Counted from the stretch's first letter, positions 1-12,588 are shown. The stretch: DNA of 64,000 nt from Octopus bimaculoides (GCF_001194135.2 NC_068982.1:145149001-145213000); one strand, 5' to 3'. A program made the numbers and translations. Notes: generated by a model from the letters alone, not told the origin.

Positions 1-19
1 ACTCATTTTCCTCTTTACA

Positions 20-470
20 GTTCATTAGATGATTTCAAATTTAATTTGATGCTGCAATGAAGAAACGATCTGCACTGACCTTATTTCTAACCCCTTGTCA
101 CTCCATTTAACAGAGATCCAGTCAAAGTTACTGTTGATGTGGAAGTTATCACTAGTTGAAAGTACCTTTCTAAGATCTCTTCAATTATTCAATCTAGTAT
201 CTCAAACGTCAACATAAACTCTGGTACTGCAAATGAATTGTGGGATATGGTTTCATTAAATGCAGACAGCTCAGACTGTCATGCATTCCGAAATCTGCTT
301 CACTCATGCTTACGCAAAGCAACGAAGGTATGCAATTCGATTCCGAGGTCCATTTAGTGTTGATCATTAGAGTTAGCGAAGTTAGACCGACCAATGGGAT
401 ATATCCTTGCTTGATCAACGATGTATGTTCATTTGCTTTCATGTATGAGCCTATATACGGAAAGATTAGT
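20..470 (-). mobile_element. Decayed R4/Dong-like (RLE-type) LINE, RT C-terminal region
   Basis: Minus-strand translation with stops/frameshift: ISHNSFAVPEFMLTFEILD*IIEEI then RDLRKVLSTSDNFHINSNFDWISV, resembling the ISHN.FA.P...LDW...RK.L....NFHINSD motif of R4-clade ORFs as I recall it. Confidence 0.7.
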
Positions 471-539
471 GACTAGATGGAAGATTTGTCACGTGTGACG
501 TGCAGTCCTTTAATCACTATTAGTATGAACTAAAATTAA

Positions 540-734
540 TTTCAAGAATTGGCTCAAAGACAGAAACTTTAGAAATGAAATACTTGATTACATCGACCCC
601 CAGTGCTCAACTGGTACTTATTCCACCAACACCGAAAGGATGAAAGTCGACTTCAACAGAATTTGAACTGAAAATGTAAAGAGCCGGAAGAAATATCTCT
701 AAGCATTTTCCCAGACGCGCTAATGATTCTGCCT
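540..734 (-). mobile_element. tRNA-derived SINE family A, degenerate
   Basis: Reverse complement gives GGCAGAATCATTAGCGCG..ATGCTTAG..CAGTTCAAATTCTG..GTCGACTTTCATCCTTTCGG..TAAGTACCAGT, matching other copies in the window. Confidence 0.8.
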
Positions 735-879
735 CACGTATGAATATATAATAATCTATACACATAGATACGTATATGCATATGTAATTATACGTGGAGA
801 GTGATTTGAGAAACGTAATTATGCTGTCATTGAATTAAGTGTGCGCAATTTAAAACAAATATAGGTGGCGTTTGTATTT

Positions 880-962
880 GTGTGTTTATGTATATATATA
901 TATACGAGAATTTGATATATATATATATATATATATATATACATTCACGCATATGTGATATA

Positions 963-1001
<39 letters not shown>

Positions 1002-1340
1002 ATATGTGTGTGTACATATACATATATATATATGTGTGTGTATATATACATATACATATATATGTACATACATCTGTATGTGTGGGTGGGTATGTGTGTT
1101 TGTGTGTGTATGTGTGTGTGTTTGTGTATGAATGTGTGTGAATGTGTGTGTGCTTATTCTTTTTCTGAGGCTATTGCATTATTTTGGCAATTGCGTCCAG
1201 AACGAGTCGTGCGTTTGACTGGAGTTACAAAGACACATCAGGTTGCACATAATGATGCAAAATCACACATACTCACACACAAGAGTGCATGCTCACTCAC
1301 ATAACATTCACACATAGATATTCGCGTACATGCATATACA
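880..1340. repeat. (TA)n/(TG)n/(CA)n microsatellite field
   Basis: Directly visible; similar fields recur throughout the window. Confidence 0.95.
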
Positions 1341-1620
1341 CACATGCACATTCGCGCTGATAAATTCCCTCAAACGATATTAAACGGAAATACGATTATG
1401 TTTGTTTGTTTTTCTTCTCACTTTGGCTCAGGTCCTACAAATTTGTAACAGAAGGACAGCAAATTACTATTGGAACTTATCGACTTTTGTAGAGTTTGAA
1501 TTCTTAACTACGGGGAGAAACGTCAACTTTTCAGCAATCCAACTGACTTGCAATAAATTTAATAGTAGTTTCGTGAAAACTGGCACAAAACGACAAACAT
1601 GGCAATATTGGGTAGTTGAT

Positions 1621-1810
1621 GAAGGCAGCGAGCTGACAGAATTGTTAGCCCGTCGGGCAAAATGCCAAGCGTCTTTGAGTTCTCAGTTCAAATTCCGCCG
1701 AGCTCGACTTTACCTTTCATCCTTTCGGGTTCTATGAAATAAATACCAGTTAACTACTGGGGTCGATATAATCGAATTATCACTTCCCCCAAATTTGCCA
1801 AATTTAAAGT
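1621..1810 (+). mobile_element. SINE family A
   Basis: A-box-like GGCAGCGAGCTGACAGAATTGTTAG, B-box-like AGTTCAAATTCC, central CTTTACCTTTCATCCTTTCGGG..AAATACCAGT (resembles Meta/MESC-type domain). Confidence 0.8.
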
Positions 1811-2020
1811 CAATATTGTGTGGCCGATTTAACTGGCTTCTTGTACTCTCCGGGTAATTACGCTTGTGAGCTTTGGGGAGCGAACAATAAATTATATGGA
1901 ACATAGTATTATGTAAAGGCAATTATTTTATTGACCTCAGAAGGATGAAAAGTAAAGTACAATTCATATTGGTTGTGAACTTACAACCTGATCCTGCATT
2001 ATACTTAATGACTTATAAAG

Positions 2021-2205
2021 TAGAAGGAACAAGGCCAGACATTTGGTGAAAGGGACTATGTCGATTAAACCGACCAGTACTTGACTGCTACTTGATTTAT
2101 TTTGTCGAACTTGGGCGCATAGAAAACAATATTGACCACGGCGGCATTTGAACTCAGAACGCAAAGAATCGGAATAAATACCACAATGCATGTTGTCCGA
2201 TGATT
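2021..2205 (-). mobile_element. SINE family A, degenerate
   Basis: CATTTGAACTCAGAACG (B box on minus strand) and tail ACAAGGCC..GTCGATT. Confidence 0.65.
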
Positions 2206-2469
2206 AATACCATTTCTGTCTCATCTAGCTCAACCTGCTAGAAACAGCAGTCAAATCTTCTACAAAGTACATCCCATCCTCTAAAATATGACAGAACACA
2301 CTAAATTATGCTGTCATTGACGTACTGTATCTAAGAATAAAAACGAGATGGTCATGTTTGGAAAAACTTTGATCATAGCTCATTTCTATTCGAGCAGAGC
2401 CAAAACTCAAAAGTACCAACAACAAGTAAAATATTTATGGCTTCTACAATTGCAGATCACACATTTTTG

Positions 2470-2670
2470 AGGAAAGTGTGTCTTGACTCCAAACGCAACC
2501 TATCGACTTCTACAGATGAGGTCTTCACAGCTGCATAAAGCGATGGCAGAAGTGTGTCACCATTGGTGGTGGCTATATAGAGAAGGACTAATGAGTATGG
2601 CAAGTTTCCTTTATCCCAATCCTTGGGAAGTGGGTCGGGGGGGGAATCTCTAATGAACACCCCTCGCGTA
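2470..2670 (+). mobile_element. Mariner transposase 3' end plus terminal inverted repeat remnant
   Basis: LQTQPIDFYR*GLHSCIKRWQKCVTIGGGYIEKD* matches the mariner C-terminus (FY..GI..L..RW.KCV...G.Y.E); followed by TIR-like AACACCCCTCG and TA. Confidence 0.75.
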
Positions 2671-3202
2671 TATTATCTAGCAGAATTCTATCCAGATATC
2701 CAGAGTTAATTTACACCTAGTATTCGCTTTCATTTAACTTGTACAATTCTATTCACATAGTCTCACATATATATATATATATAATCATCATCATCACACA
2801 CATATACATTGACATAAATGTGCATTCACAAACAGGTACACACACGCTGATACACACGTACACATACACACATACACCTAATACATACATGCACACATAC
2901 ATATATACATGTACATACACACATCGTAAGAGTCTTCAAGTGCTTCACGATTATAATAGAATGGGTGCATAAAGAAATTATTTGCTAAGATCTCAATGAA
3001 CATAAGTGTAAATAACGCAAGACAACTTCTTGTGGCAGACTTCGTGTCTTTGCTGCTGCATTCATTTGTTCAGTTGGTTAAGTATGGTGTCAACAGTAGA
3101 TATGATTATCACATGTATATCTTTCGCATACATACAACTACAAACACACACACACAATATATACAGTACACGCACACACACACACAATATATACAATACA
3201 CG

Positions 3203-3234
<32 letters not shown>

Positions 3235-3421
3235 TTTATTATTCAATTATATATTATTCAATTATCCATTCAAATACAACAGAAGCCCTAACGCAAATCT
3301 GGCGGTACGGATAATGCTACTGCTGGAGAGCACCAAGAGAAATCTGATGGTGGACGAATTTTATACTGTACTCTACTACGTTCTTAACAGAATATAACCT
3401 AACTCTCAACCGCCCTCTCTC

Positions 3422-3431
3422 TCCCTTTCTG

Positions 3432-3490
<59 letters not shown>
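3422..3490. repeat. (CT)n/(CTAT)n microsatellite
   Basis: Directly visible. Confidence 0.95.
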
Positions 3491-3491
<1 letters not shown>

Positions 3492-3504
3492 ATATATAAA
3501 GCTG

Positions 3505-3622
3505 CAAAAACATTACAAAAGCTGTTACTCAGAGTTTCACGTTCCCGTTCATTGGACAGAGTTTCATGTTCCCGACGAACGGGCACGTGAAACGCTGATT
3601 AACAGTTTTTGTGATGTGTTTG
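3505..3622. repeat. Imperfect 46-bp inverted repeat (hairpin) in a short non-coding element
   Basis: Arms 3505-3550 and 3577-3622 are reverse complements at 40/46 positions; 26-nt spacer. Confidence 0.85.
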
Positions 3623-3680
3623 ACCACGACGACCACCACCACCGCTTGACGGTTCGCCAAAAAGAGACGTGTACTGCTAA

Positions 3681-3760
3681 GGCCGATCTGTTTGACTAAA
3701 ACCCTTTAAGGCAGTTCGCCAATATGGCCGCAGTCTGATGACTAAAGCAAGTAAAAGATA
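3681..3760 (+). mobile_element. SINE family B 3' tail
   Basis: TTTGACTAAAACCCTTTAAGGC..ATGGCCGCAGTCTGATGACTAAAGCAAGTAAAAGATAA, matching the tail of the 54616-55028 copy. Confidence 0.65.
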
Positions 3761-4475
3761 ACACACACGCACACTCACACATACACTCACAGACACAGAC
3801 ACACACACACACACACACACACACACATTCCACACAAACATACACGCACTCCATATACATACACACATACATATACGTGTATATACGTATATAGATGTTG
3901 ATAATTTTTTTATGTATAATTTACTTTTTAATATGTTTTATACCCTTCATTGACCGCTCACATGTCACGCTTTTGTTGTAAATATGCTATATGCTGTGAT
4001 CATCAGCATACTCCCAAAGTCTGAGTAAGGAAGATAAAAAAATTTCAGCTCTACAATAACTTACTATGAATTAATTCTGCATTGAGTACTCTTCGTCTTA
4101 TTTCAACACTCAAAGACGCGCGCACCCCCCCACCACCACACACACAAACACACATATATGATATATTTAATATAAACATTAAAATTTCATTTACTTTATG
4201 TCACAAAGCGACTGACCTTGCTCAATAAAGGCGCTTTCATCATATTATATTTATACCTGTGAATATTCAAATATGAATGCATACAGTTAATAGATATATT
4301 ATGTGTGTGTGTGCGGGCGTGCGTGTGTGTGTGAGTGTGTGTGTGTATATATATGTATGTATAAATATATATACATATATATATAAATGAATGTATGTAC
4401 GTATAAATATATATATATATGTACATATATGTGACTATATATATGTATATATATATATGCATCTATCTATATATG

Positions 4476-4550
<75 letters not shown>

Positions 4551-5825
4551 GCATTTATATATACATACATATATACACACATTATATATATATATTTATA
4601 TATGCATACTTCATCTTTTGTATTTGACATAATGACTCTANNNNNNNNNNNNNNNNNNNNNNNNNNNNNNNNNNNNNNNNNNNNNNNNNNNNNNNNNNNN
4701 NNNNNNNNNNNNNNNNNNNNNNNNNNNNNNNNNNNNNNNNNNNNNNNNNNNNNNNNNNNNNNNNNNNNNNNNNNNNNNNNNNNNNNNNNNNNNNNNNNNN
4801 NNNNNNNNNNNNNNNNNNNNNNNNNNNNNNNNNNNNNNNNNNNNNNNNNNNNNNNNNNNNNNNNNNNNNNNNNNNNNNNNNNNNNNNNNNNNNNNNNNNN
4901 NNNNNNNNNNNNNNNNNNNNNNNNNNNNNNNNNNNNNNNNNNNNNNNNNNNNNNNNNNNNNNNNNNNNNNNNNNNNNNNNNNNNNNNNNNNNNNNNNNNN
5001 NNNNNNNNNNNNNNNNNNNNNNNNNNNNNNNNNNNNNNNNNNNNNNNNNNNNNNNNNNNNNNNNNNNNNNNNNNNNNNNNNNNNNNNNNNNNNNNNNNNN
5101 NNNNNNNNNNNNNNNNNNNNNNNNNNNNNNNNNNNNNNNNNNNNNNNNNNNNNNNNNNNNNNNNNNNNNNNNNNNNNNNNNNNNNNNNNNNNNNNNNNNN
5201 NNNNNNNNNNNNNNNNNNNNNNNNNNNNNNNNNNNNNNNNNNNNNNNNNNNNNNNNNNNNNNNNNNNNNNNNNNNNNNNNNNNNNNNNNNNNNNNNNNNN
5301 NNNNNNNNNNNNNNNNNNNNNNNNNNNNNNNNNNNNNNNNNNNNNNNNNNNNNNNNNNNNNNNNNNNNNNNNNNNNNNNNNNNNNNNNNNNNNNNNNNNN
5401 NNNNNNNNNNNNNNNNNNNNNNNNNNNNNNNNNNNNNNNNNNNNNNNNNNNNNNNNNNNNNNNNNNNNNNNNNNNNNNNNNNNNNNNNNNNNNNNNNNNN
5501 NNNNNNNNNNNNNNNNNNNNNNNNNNNNNNNNNNNNNNNNNNNNNNNNNNNNNNNNNNNNNNNNNNNNNNNNNNNNNNNNNNNNNNNNNNNNATATATAT
5601 ATATATATATATATATACATATGTACATAAATTGTAGCTATTCATATGCATCGTATATATGATATACATCTCACACCCGAAGCTAAAACAAGATCAATGC
5701 AGACTAAAGAATTTTTTCAGATTTTCAGTAATTATTTTATCTGGTTTTCGTTCTTTCTCACTTTCTTTCTTTCTGTCTGTCTCTCTGATTTATGTATATG
5801 TGTATATAAGTAGATACATATATAG

Positions 5826-5896
<71 letters not shown>

Positions 5897-6046
5897 NNNN
5901 NNNNNNNNNNNNNNNNNNNNNNNNNNNNNNNNNNNNNNNNNNNNNNNNNNNNNNNNNNNNNNNNNNNNNNNNNNNNNNNNNNNNNNNNNNNNNNNNNNNN
6001 NNNNNNNNNNNNNNNNNNNNNNNNNNNNNNNNNNNNNNNNNNNNNN

Positions 6047-6100
<54 letters not shown>

Positions 6101-6289
6101 TTATGGCGCCTATAGAAACGCATCTAACTTCTGATGTAGCAGATGCAGAAATACAAATAGTGCGAGAGAGAAAGAAGCCCCGAAGCAGTCGCGATGAACA
6201 ATCGCGAAGTACATCTGTCACACTCAAACCCGGTTTGTGACATTTTAACGATACATCAAAAACAAATTGATATAGTTATATGCACGACA

Positions 6290-6934
6290 CATGATGCAGA
6301 CTGGATATTAGTTTGGCCCGACAGGCTGTGTCTATGCAAGACAACGACTTAAACTCAGTCAATTTATGTCAATGCTGCATTTCTTATGACACGCAAAAGA
6401 AAGGTCTCAAACCAGTCATGTAGGTAACTGAAGAATGCCTCAAAGCATGATGGTAAATTGAAGAATACTCTTAGACACATTGATGTGGTATTGACTAATC
6501 TGGACCAACATAACAATATAAACCTACTGGGCAACTTTAATCTTCTAAATGTGTCCTGACGGCCACATTCTCTCTGGAATGTCAGCACATCAAGAAAGGT
6601 AAGCAAAATTATAACTTGAACTTTCTAATATACTGTTCATAGAACAAGTCATACTTTAGCCAACCATGAATAACGTCTTGTATCTCTCCTTCGCAAATGA
6701 TATGGACCTTGTCCATTATGTGAAGGCGATGCCAACAGCTTTCTCGGACAATGACATTGTAGAACTAACAACATATATATATACCGGTGAACAGTTGGTA
6801 TCTATCCTATAAGAAGAACTCAAACAATACCTAACTTCCATGATGCAGACTGGATATTAGTTTGGCCCGACAGGCTGTGTCTATGCAAGACAACGACTTG
6901 GTCTCAAACCAGTCATGTAGGTAACTGAAGAATG
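6290..6934 (+). repeat. Bipartite direct duplication (61 bp + 35 bp)
   Basis: 6290-6350 is identical to 6839-6899 and 6403-6437 is identical to 6900-6934; the second copy lacks the 52-nt spacer. Confidence 0.9.
6440..6775 (+). mobile_element. CR1-like LINE apurinic-endonuclease domain remnant
   Basis: NINLLGNFNLLNVS* (GDFN motif) and FIEQVIL*PTMNNVLYLSFANDMDLVHYVKAMPTAFSDNDIVEL (PTR..N.LDL.F...SDH motif). Confidence 0.65.
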
Positions 6935-8029
6935 GTGAAAAGTTTAACTTAAAAGAAACAAAGTGGATGGTGTTCATAAATGTCTGATATTCTGGAAAGG
7001 AATAGTTAATGATAATAGAGGCGATATATGTATTAGTCACCTTAAATGTTCATGTACATGAACACATCAACTTTTGTATGGGTGGGCAGGCAAGCTGATT
7101 AGTCTGAGTATCGGAAGATGGAAAACAGTTGAATTAAATTAGTGGGCGTATAAATGATGGTTGACGCTAACGGGCGAAAACGTGCCAAGTTAATTTTTTG
7201 CTGTTATTTAGTCCTATTCGTTCTGCTCGAAGTGGCTTGGTGGACGGGAAATGTTGTGGTGTGGAGGGTGAGGCATTAGATTAGGTGACGAGCTGCGAAA
7301 ACGCTGCGACACACACGAAAAAGATGGTTTATGAAGCGATATAGCAATTGTCGATACGATTGTGTGTACGAAGCTTTTGCGGCGATCACATTTCTTGAAA
7401 TGCACACACACACACAAACACACCCACCACATACACATATTTTCACAAACACACACACACACACACATACTTATTTACATACACACATATACACGTATAT
7501 GTATATATATACGTATGTTTGTGTAGATAAATGTGTACAAGATTTTTTTACGTATAAGATATGTACTCGTTAATATTTCTGACATACAATGTGTTCGCAT
7601 ATTTCAGCACAAAAGATTATTAATGAAATAACCCACGTTAAAAAAATAAAGACATGAAATAACTCATTTCCCTCTCCAAAATACTGACACATCTTGTATT
7701 GAAATATAAAATGTAATAATCTGATGGTCAGCTGCTAATATGGTACGAACGTTTAACAAACTATCAACGAGAAAGAAAGCTTTGAAACCATTAATTTATA
7801 GCTGCTGATTATAAATTCACACATTTAATCTAGTCTCTTTCATTAAATGGAAGCTCAATAATATCTCACCCCTCTATTATTTATACACGTTTGTGTATGT
7901 AAATCTTTCGTATGCTTATTAAGTGTTTTCGGCCGTAATTTTGAACAGCTCAGCGAGCGCGTTGTTTAACCTCAGTTAACCTCAGTCAAGCAAACTTGTA
8001 ACCGAAGCACTATCGTAGCTAAAGTGTGT

Positions 8030-8135
8030 GCCGCCCGGGGCGGCCCTTCCGTTTGCCGCCCCCAGACCCCCACAAAGCCCACATATTGCCTACAGCAATA
8101 GCCTACAACAGGATGAAAAGTGCCGCCCGGGGCGG
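8030..8135. repeat. Two direct copies of the GC-rich near-palindrome GCCGCCCGGGGCGG
   Basis: Exact 14-mer at 8030-8043 and 8122-8135 within AT-rich sequence. Confidence 0.85.
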
Positions 8136-8539
8136 ACCACTTCTTTCCATCTTTTCAGGCAATTTTCTTCTGACTATATTATCCGATATGTCATTTCTTT
8201 TTTTGAAACACCATACAAATATGGCTGATTTTTCTAGCAAGTCGAGCGACACATAGAGCTTTCTCATAAGAGTTGTTAACATAGAATAGAAATCCATCTT
8301 TTCCTGAAACTAACACTGGAAGATGCAACTCTGTAACCCTAGAAAATGCAAGAATTTTCGAACCTTATTATTAAAGCTTCTACGGTTGTTAATGTCTATA
8401 ATCTCGTGATTTAGCTTTGTTTTTGAATTCGTGAATAGTAGTATATTTATCGAATCCATTCAAAGAAAAAATGTTCCAAAAAAAAAAATAAATAAAATAA
8501 AATAAAGGAAGTATATGTATGTTGTCATCTATATATACA

Positions 8540-9540
8540 CCAACCAGTATATCAGCTGAAATGCGTGTTCGTTATCAACGGAGAGGTTAGTGTATGGCTA
8601 TGCTATCAGAAAACTTAAAACGTGGCACTGATAACCAGAATTATCTACCCTGGATAAATAGCTGGAATATTGGCGACTACTTTGAAGGGTATGCTTTTGA
8701 AACCCTAGAAAAAGAACACGAATAAATAAATACATAAACATAATGGAGAAAAAGGATAGGAACGCAAATAAAATGCCTATATGTAACAACCGATGCAAAC
8801 ACTGTGAAATTAACTCTGAAATGTTATTGACAACAGAGAAAGTGTTCTGAAAAATGTCCTAATGGGATTATTCGCCTAAAAAGCATGATTCAGTGGTCAA
8901 AACACGATGCAATGCAATGTATACTTTCGAAGATCAAAACAAGAACTTACATTAATGTAAAGACCATACTCACTCATAATAATAAAGAATACCGTATTTT
9001 CCGGCATTCAAGTCAATTTTTTCAAACCAAAATTTACATTAAAAAACAAAATAAGAATAATAACTATAAAACGTTGGTCGATTTATATATCAATATGAAC
9101 TTGGAGACCCAAAATATTCCATGCGAAGCGCAGAAGGATTTTATGAAAGATAGTGACAAGGATTGGATGTTTACATTACATGTTTACGCTATATATGTAT
9201 TACGTCGACTTGTAAGCTGCAGAATACAGTACTATTGAATGTCTGTCAAAATTTCTGTAAAATATAAGCATAACCAATCGATGTGGGACAGAGAAGAGAA
9301 AGCATGCACGGTAGTATAACTCAGTTGTCAAGCAGATGTTAACACAATCTGAAAGATTAAACATGTATGGTCAACTAATGAAAAACATACGGGGCACTTG
9401 GATATGTAGCTGCCTCAGCGACAGTCTTAAGTAGCAGGGCTTCGCGAAATCAGAGTGGACACAGTAAATTAAGAATCTACAAGTACGAGCTATGAATGGA
9501 ACTTTGATAATATTCAAAATATAATAGTTTAAATATAAAA
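8540..9540 (+). mobile_element. Decayed R4/Dong-like LINE, zinc-knuckle/RLE C-terminal region
   Basis: NYLPWINSWNIGDYFEGYAFETLEKEH, NRCKHCEINSENV (C..C of the CCHC knuckle), ILTHNNKEY, and *QGFAKSEWTQ*IKNLQVRAMNGTL, colinear with the younger copy at 17668-18140. Confidence 0.65.
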
Positions 9541-9615
9541 GTTTAACCTGTAATATAGACTTATGCACATATGTACACACACACACACACACACACACAT
9601 ACACACACACACACA

Positions 9616-9655
<40 letters not shown>

Positions 9656-9774
9656 CATGTGCGGATATCAATATATCAACAGAACAGCCTGCTCGTGAAA
9701 TTATTGTACAAACGGCTGTGCACTCTGCAGACTCGCCTACCCGTAACGTTGAAATTCAGATAACACATATATGA

Positions 9775-9900
9775 CTCATTTTTGCCAGTTGAGTGAAATA
9801 AAGTGTCTTGCTCAAGGACACAACACGCTGCCGAGGATCGAACTCACGACATAACAATCGTGCACTGAATTCGTTAACCACTAAGCCACATGACTTCACT
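9775..9900 (-). mobile_element. tRNA/CORE-type SINE head
   Basis: Minus strand: GTGGCTTAGTGGTTAAC..GAGTTCGATCCTCGGCAGCGTGTTGTGTCCTTGAGCAAGACACTTTA (A box, B box, CORE-like CCTTGAGCAAG). Confidence 0.7.
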
Positions 9901-9918
9901 ATACATACATACATACAA

Positions 9919-9977
<59 letters not shown>

Positions 9978-10330
9978 TATATATATATGTGTGTGTGTGT
10001 GTGTGTATATGTATATGTATATGTATATGTAGGCACTTTATATTTCCTTTAAAACATTTTATTACATTTAAATTTCTATCATACAATTGATTAAATTAGC
10101 ATAGAATAATGGTTGGATATTTTTTTATAATTAAGANNNNNNNNNNNNNNNNNNNNNNNNNNNNNNNNNNNNNNNNNNNNNNNNNNNNNNNNNNNNNNNN
10201 NNNNNNNNNNNNNNNNNNNNNNNNNNNNNNNNNNNNNNNNNNNNNNNNNNNNNNNNNNNNNNNNNNNNNNNNNNNNNNNNNNNNNNNNNNNNNNNNNNNN
10301 NNNNNNNNNNNNNNNNNNNNNNNNNNNNNN

Positions 10331-10510
10331 ATATAAAGAATGCAAAGAATGGAACAAGAACGCAACAAGGTACAACAAAACATCCAGACAGTTAGAGGAT
10401 ACAGAAAGGGACAGGAAAAAAACAAGGACGGGTCATTTGGAGTTTTTTTATCCTCGGTCGAGTTCCAGATCTTCCAAGCAATTTTGGCTGGTTATACTCG
10501 TGACTACATA
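10331..10510 (+). mobile_element. Probable Penelope-associated interspersed repeat
   Basis: Resembles a recurrent octopus repeat as I recall it (GGAACAAGAACGCAAC..TCCTCGGTCGAGTTCCAGAT..GGCTGGTTATACTCG); no coding evidence. Confidence 0.35.
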
Positions 10511-10620
10511 CACATTCACACATACACACACACACACATGTATATATATATATAGATGTATATATGCTTAAAAGTCAAAACATACAACAAAAATGCACAT
10601 TGAGTTCCATAAATAAATCC

Positions 10621-10716
10621 ATGGATAAATGAACACATGGATAAATTAACACATGGATAAATTAACATATGGATAAATTAACATATGGATAAATTAACAC
10701 ATGGATAAATTAACAC
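10621..10716 (+). repeat. Minisatellite, 6 x 16 bp (ATGGATAAATTAACAY)
   Basis: Six contiguous units, each within 1 substitution of the consensus. Confidence 0.95.
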
Positions 10717-11179
10717 ATTTCTGCTTGACTGCGAGGATGATTGTTTTCTATTTTGCATTGCAAAAGCCTTTTTTCTGTGTTTCTAGGTTAGAAACCAGCG
10801 CTTAATCTAACTAGAATGTGTAAGTATGTATGTGTGTGCGAGTATGGGTGCGTGTGCGTTTGTGCGTGTGTGTGTGCGCTCGCGTGTGTGTATGTCTGTA
10901 CATCTGCATTTATATCATGTATACTTTCATTCAGTCATTCATTTATAATACCGAAACACCTACACTCAATCATACACATTCGTTCATAAATACATACATT
11001 CATTCAGCCACATGTAGTAATGTACATATATACATAAATACATACATGCACCAATCACATATATTTCATTCACATACACTATCACACCTACACACGCTTC
11101 TATTAATGTTATAGTAATGGCAACTTGAGGTGTAAACATTTTAATTCTTACACGTATATCTCAACTCATACTCCGCCCT

Positions 11180-12588
11180 TAGTAGTAGTAGCAGCAGCAA
11201 CAACAGCAGCACCGCCAGCAGTCAACACCATCCTAAACAACTCTACCAGCATTTCCAGCATTATTATAATATCATCAGCGTCTAAAGCGTCACGTCCTCT
11301 AGCCCACACCTCACCTCCTCCTCCGTCTCATCCATTTATCACAAGTGTGCCAGTATAGATATGAAGCTTAGTGTCGACGAGTAATGAAGATTTTTTTTTT
11401 TTTTTTTTGCTGATAAACAAATCTACCGACCAATGATTTGTTCTTCACTAACACCACTGCCGCCTCCATCGCCACCACGACCACTACCACTATCAACACC
11501 TCCACCACCACCACCACCACCTNNNNNNNNNNNNNNNNNNNNNNNNNNNNNNNNNNNNNNNNNNNNNNNNNNNNNNNNNNNNNNNNNNNNNNNNNNNNNN
11601 NNNNNNNNNNNNNNNNNNNNNNNNNNNNNNNNNNNNNNNNNNNNNNNNNNNNNNNNNNNNNNNNNNNNNNNNNNNNNNNNNNNNNNNNNNNNNNNNNNNN
11701 NNNNNNNNNNNNNNNNNNNNNNNNNNNNNNNNNNNNNNNNNNNNNNNNNNNNNNNNNNNNNNNNNNNNNNNNNNNNNNNNNNNNNNNNNNNNNNNNNNNN
11801 NNNNNNNNNNNNNNNNNNNNNNNNNNNNNNNNNNNNNNNNNNNNNNNNNNNNNNNNNNNNNNNNNNNNNNNNNNNNNNNNNNNNNNNNNNNNNNNNNNNN
11901 NNNNNNNNNNNNNNNNNNNNNNNNNNNNNNNNNNNNNNNNNNNNNNNNNNNNNNNNNNNNNNNNNNNNNNNNNNNNNNNNNNNNNNNNNNNNNNNNNNNN
12001 NNNNNNNNNNNNNNNNNNNNNNNNNNNNNNNNNNNNNNNNNNNNNNNNNNNNNNNNNNNNNNNNNNNNNNNNNNNNNNNNNNNNNNNNNNNNNNNNNNNN
12101 NNNNNNNNNNNNNNNNNNNNNNNNNNNNNNNNNNNNNNNNNNNNNNNNNNNNNNNNNNNNNNNNNNNNNNNNNNNNNNNNNNNNNNNNNNNNNNNNNNNN
12201 NNNNNNNNNNNNNNNNNNNNNNNNNNNNNNNNNNNNNNNNNNNNNNNNNNNNNNNNNNNNNNNNNNNNNNNNNNNNNNNNNNNNNNNNNNNNNNNNNNNN
12301 NNNNNNNNNNNNNNNNNNNNNNNNNNNNNNNNNNNNNNNNNNNNNNNNNNNNNNNNNNNNNNNNNNNNNNNNNNNNNNNNNNNNNNNNNNNNNNNNNNNN
12401 NNNNNNNNNNNNNNNNNNNNNNNNNNNNNNNNNNNNNNNNNNNNNNNNNNNNNNNNNNNNNNNNNNNNNNNNNNNNNNNNNNNNNNNNNNNNNNNNNNNN
12501 NNNNNNNNNNNTTCTTCTTCTTCTTCTTCTTCTTCTTCCCCATTACCATTACCGTCATCGTGCCACCGCCACCACCACCACCACAACC

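Noticed and set aside
114-327. Apparent plus-strand exon with an in-frame TGA (possible selenocysteine or editing-opened stop)
   Set aside because: It is the antisense of the R4-like LINE remnant; the minus strand carries the recognisable motifs
10621-10716. CRISPR-like array
   Set aside because: Contiguous tandem units with no unique spacers, in a eukaryotic context
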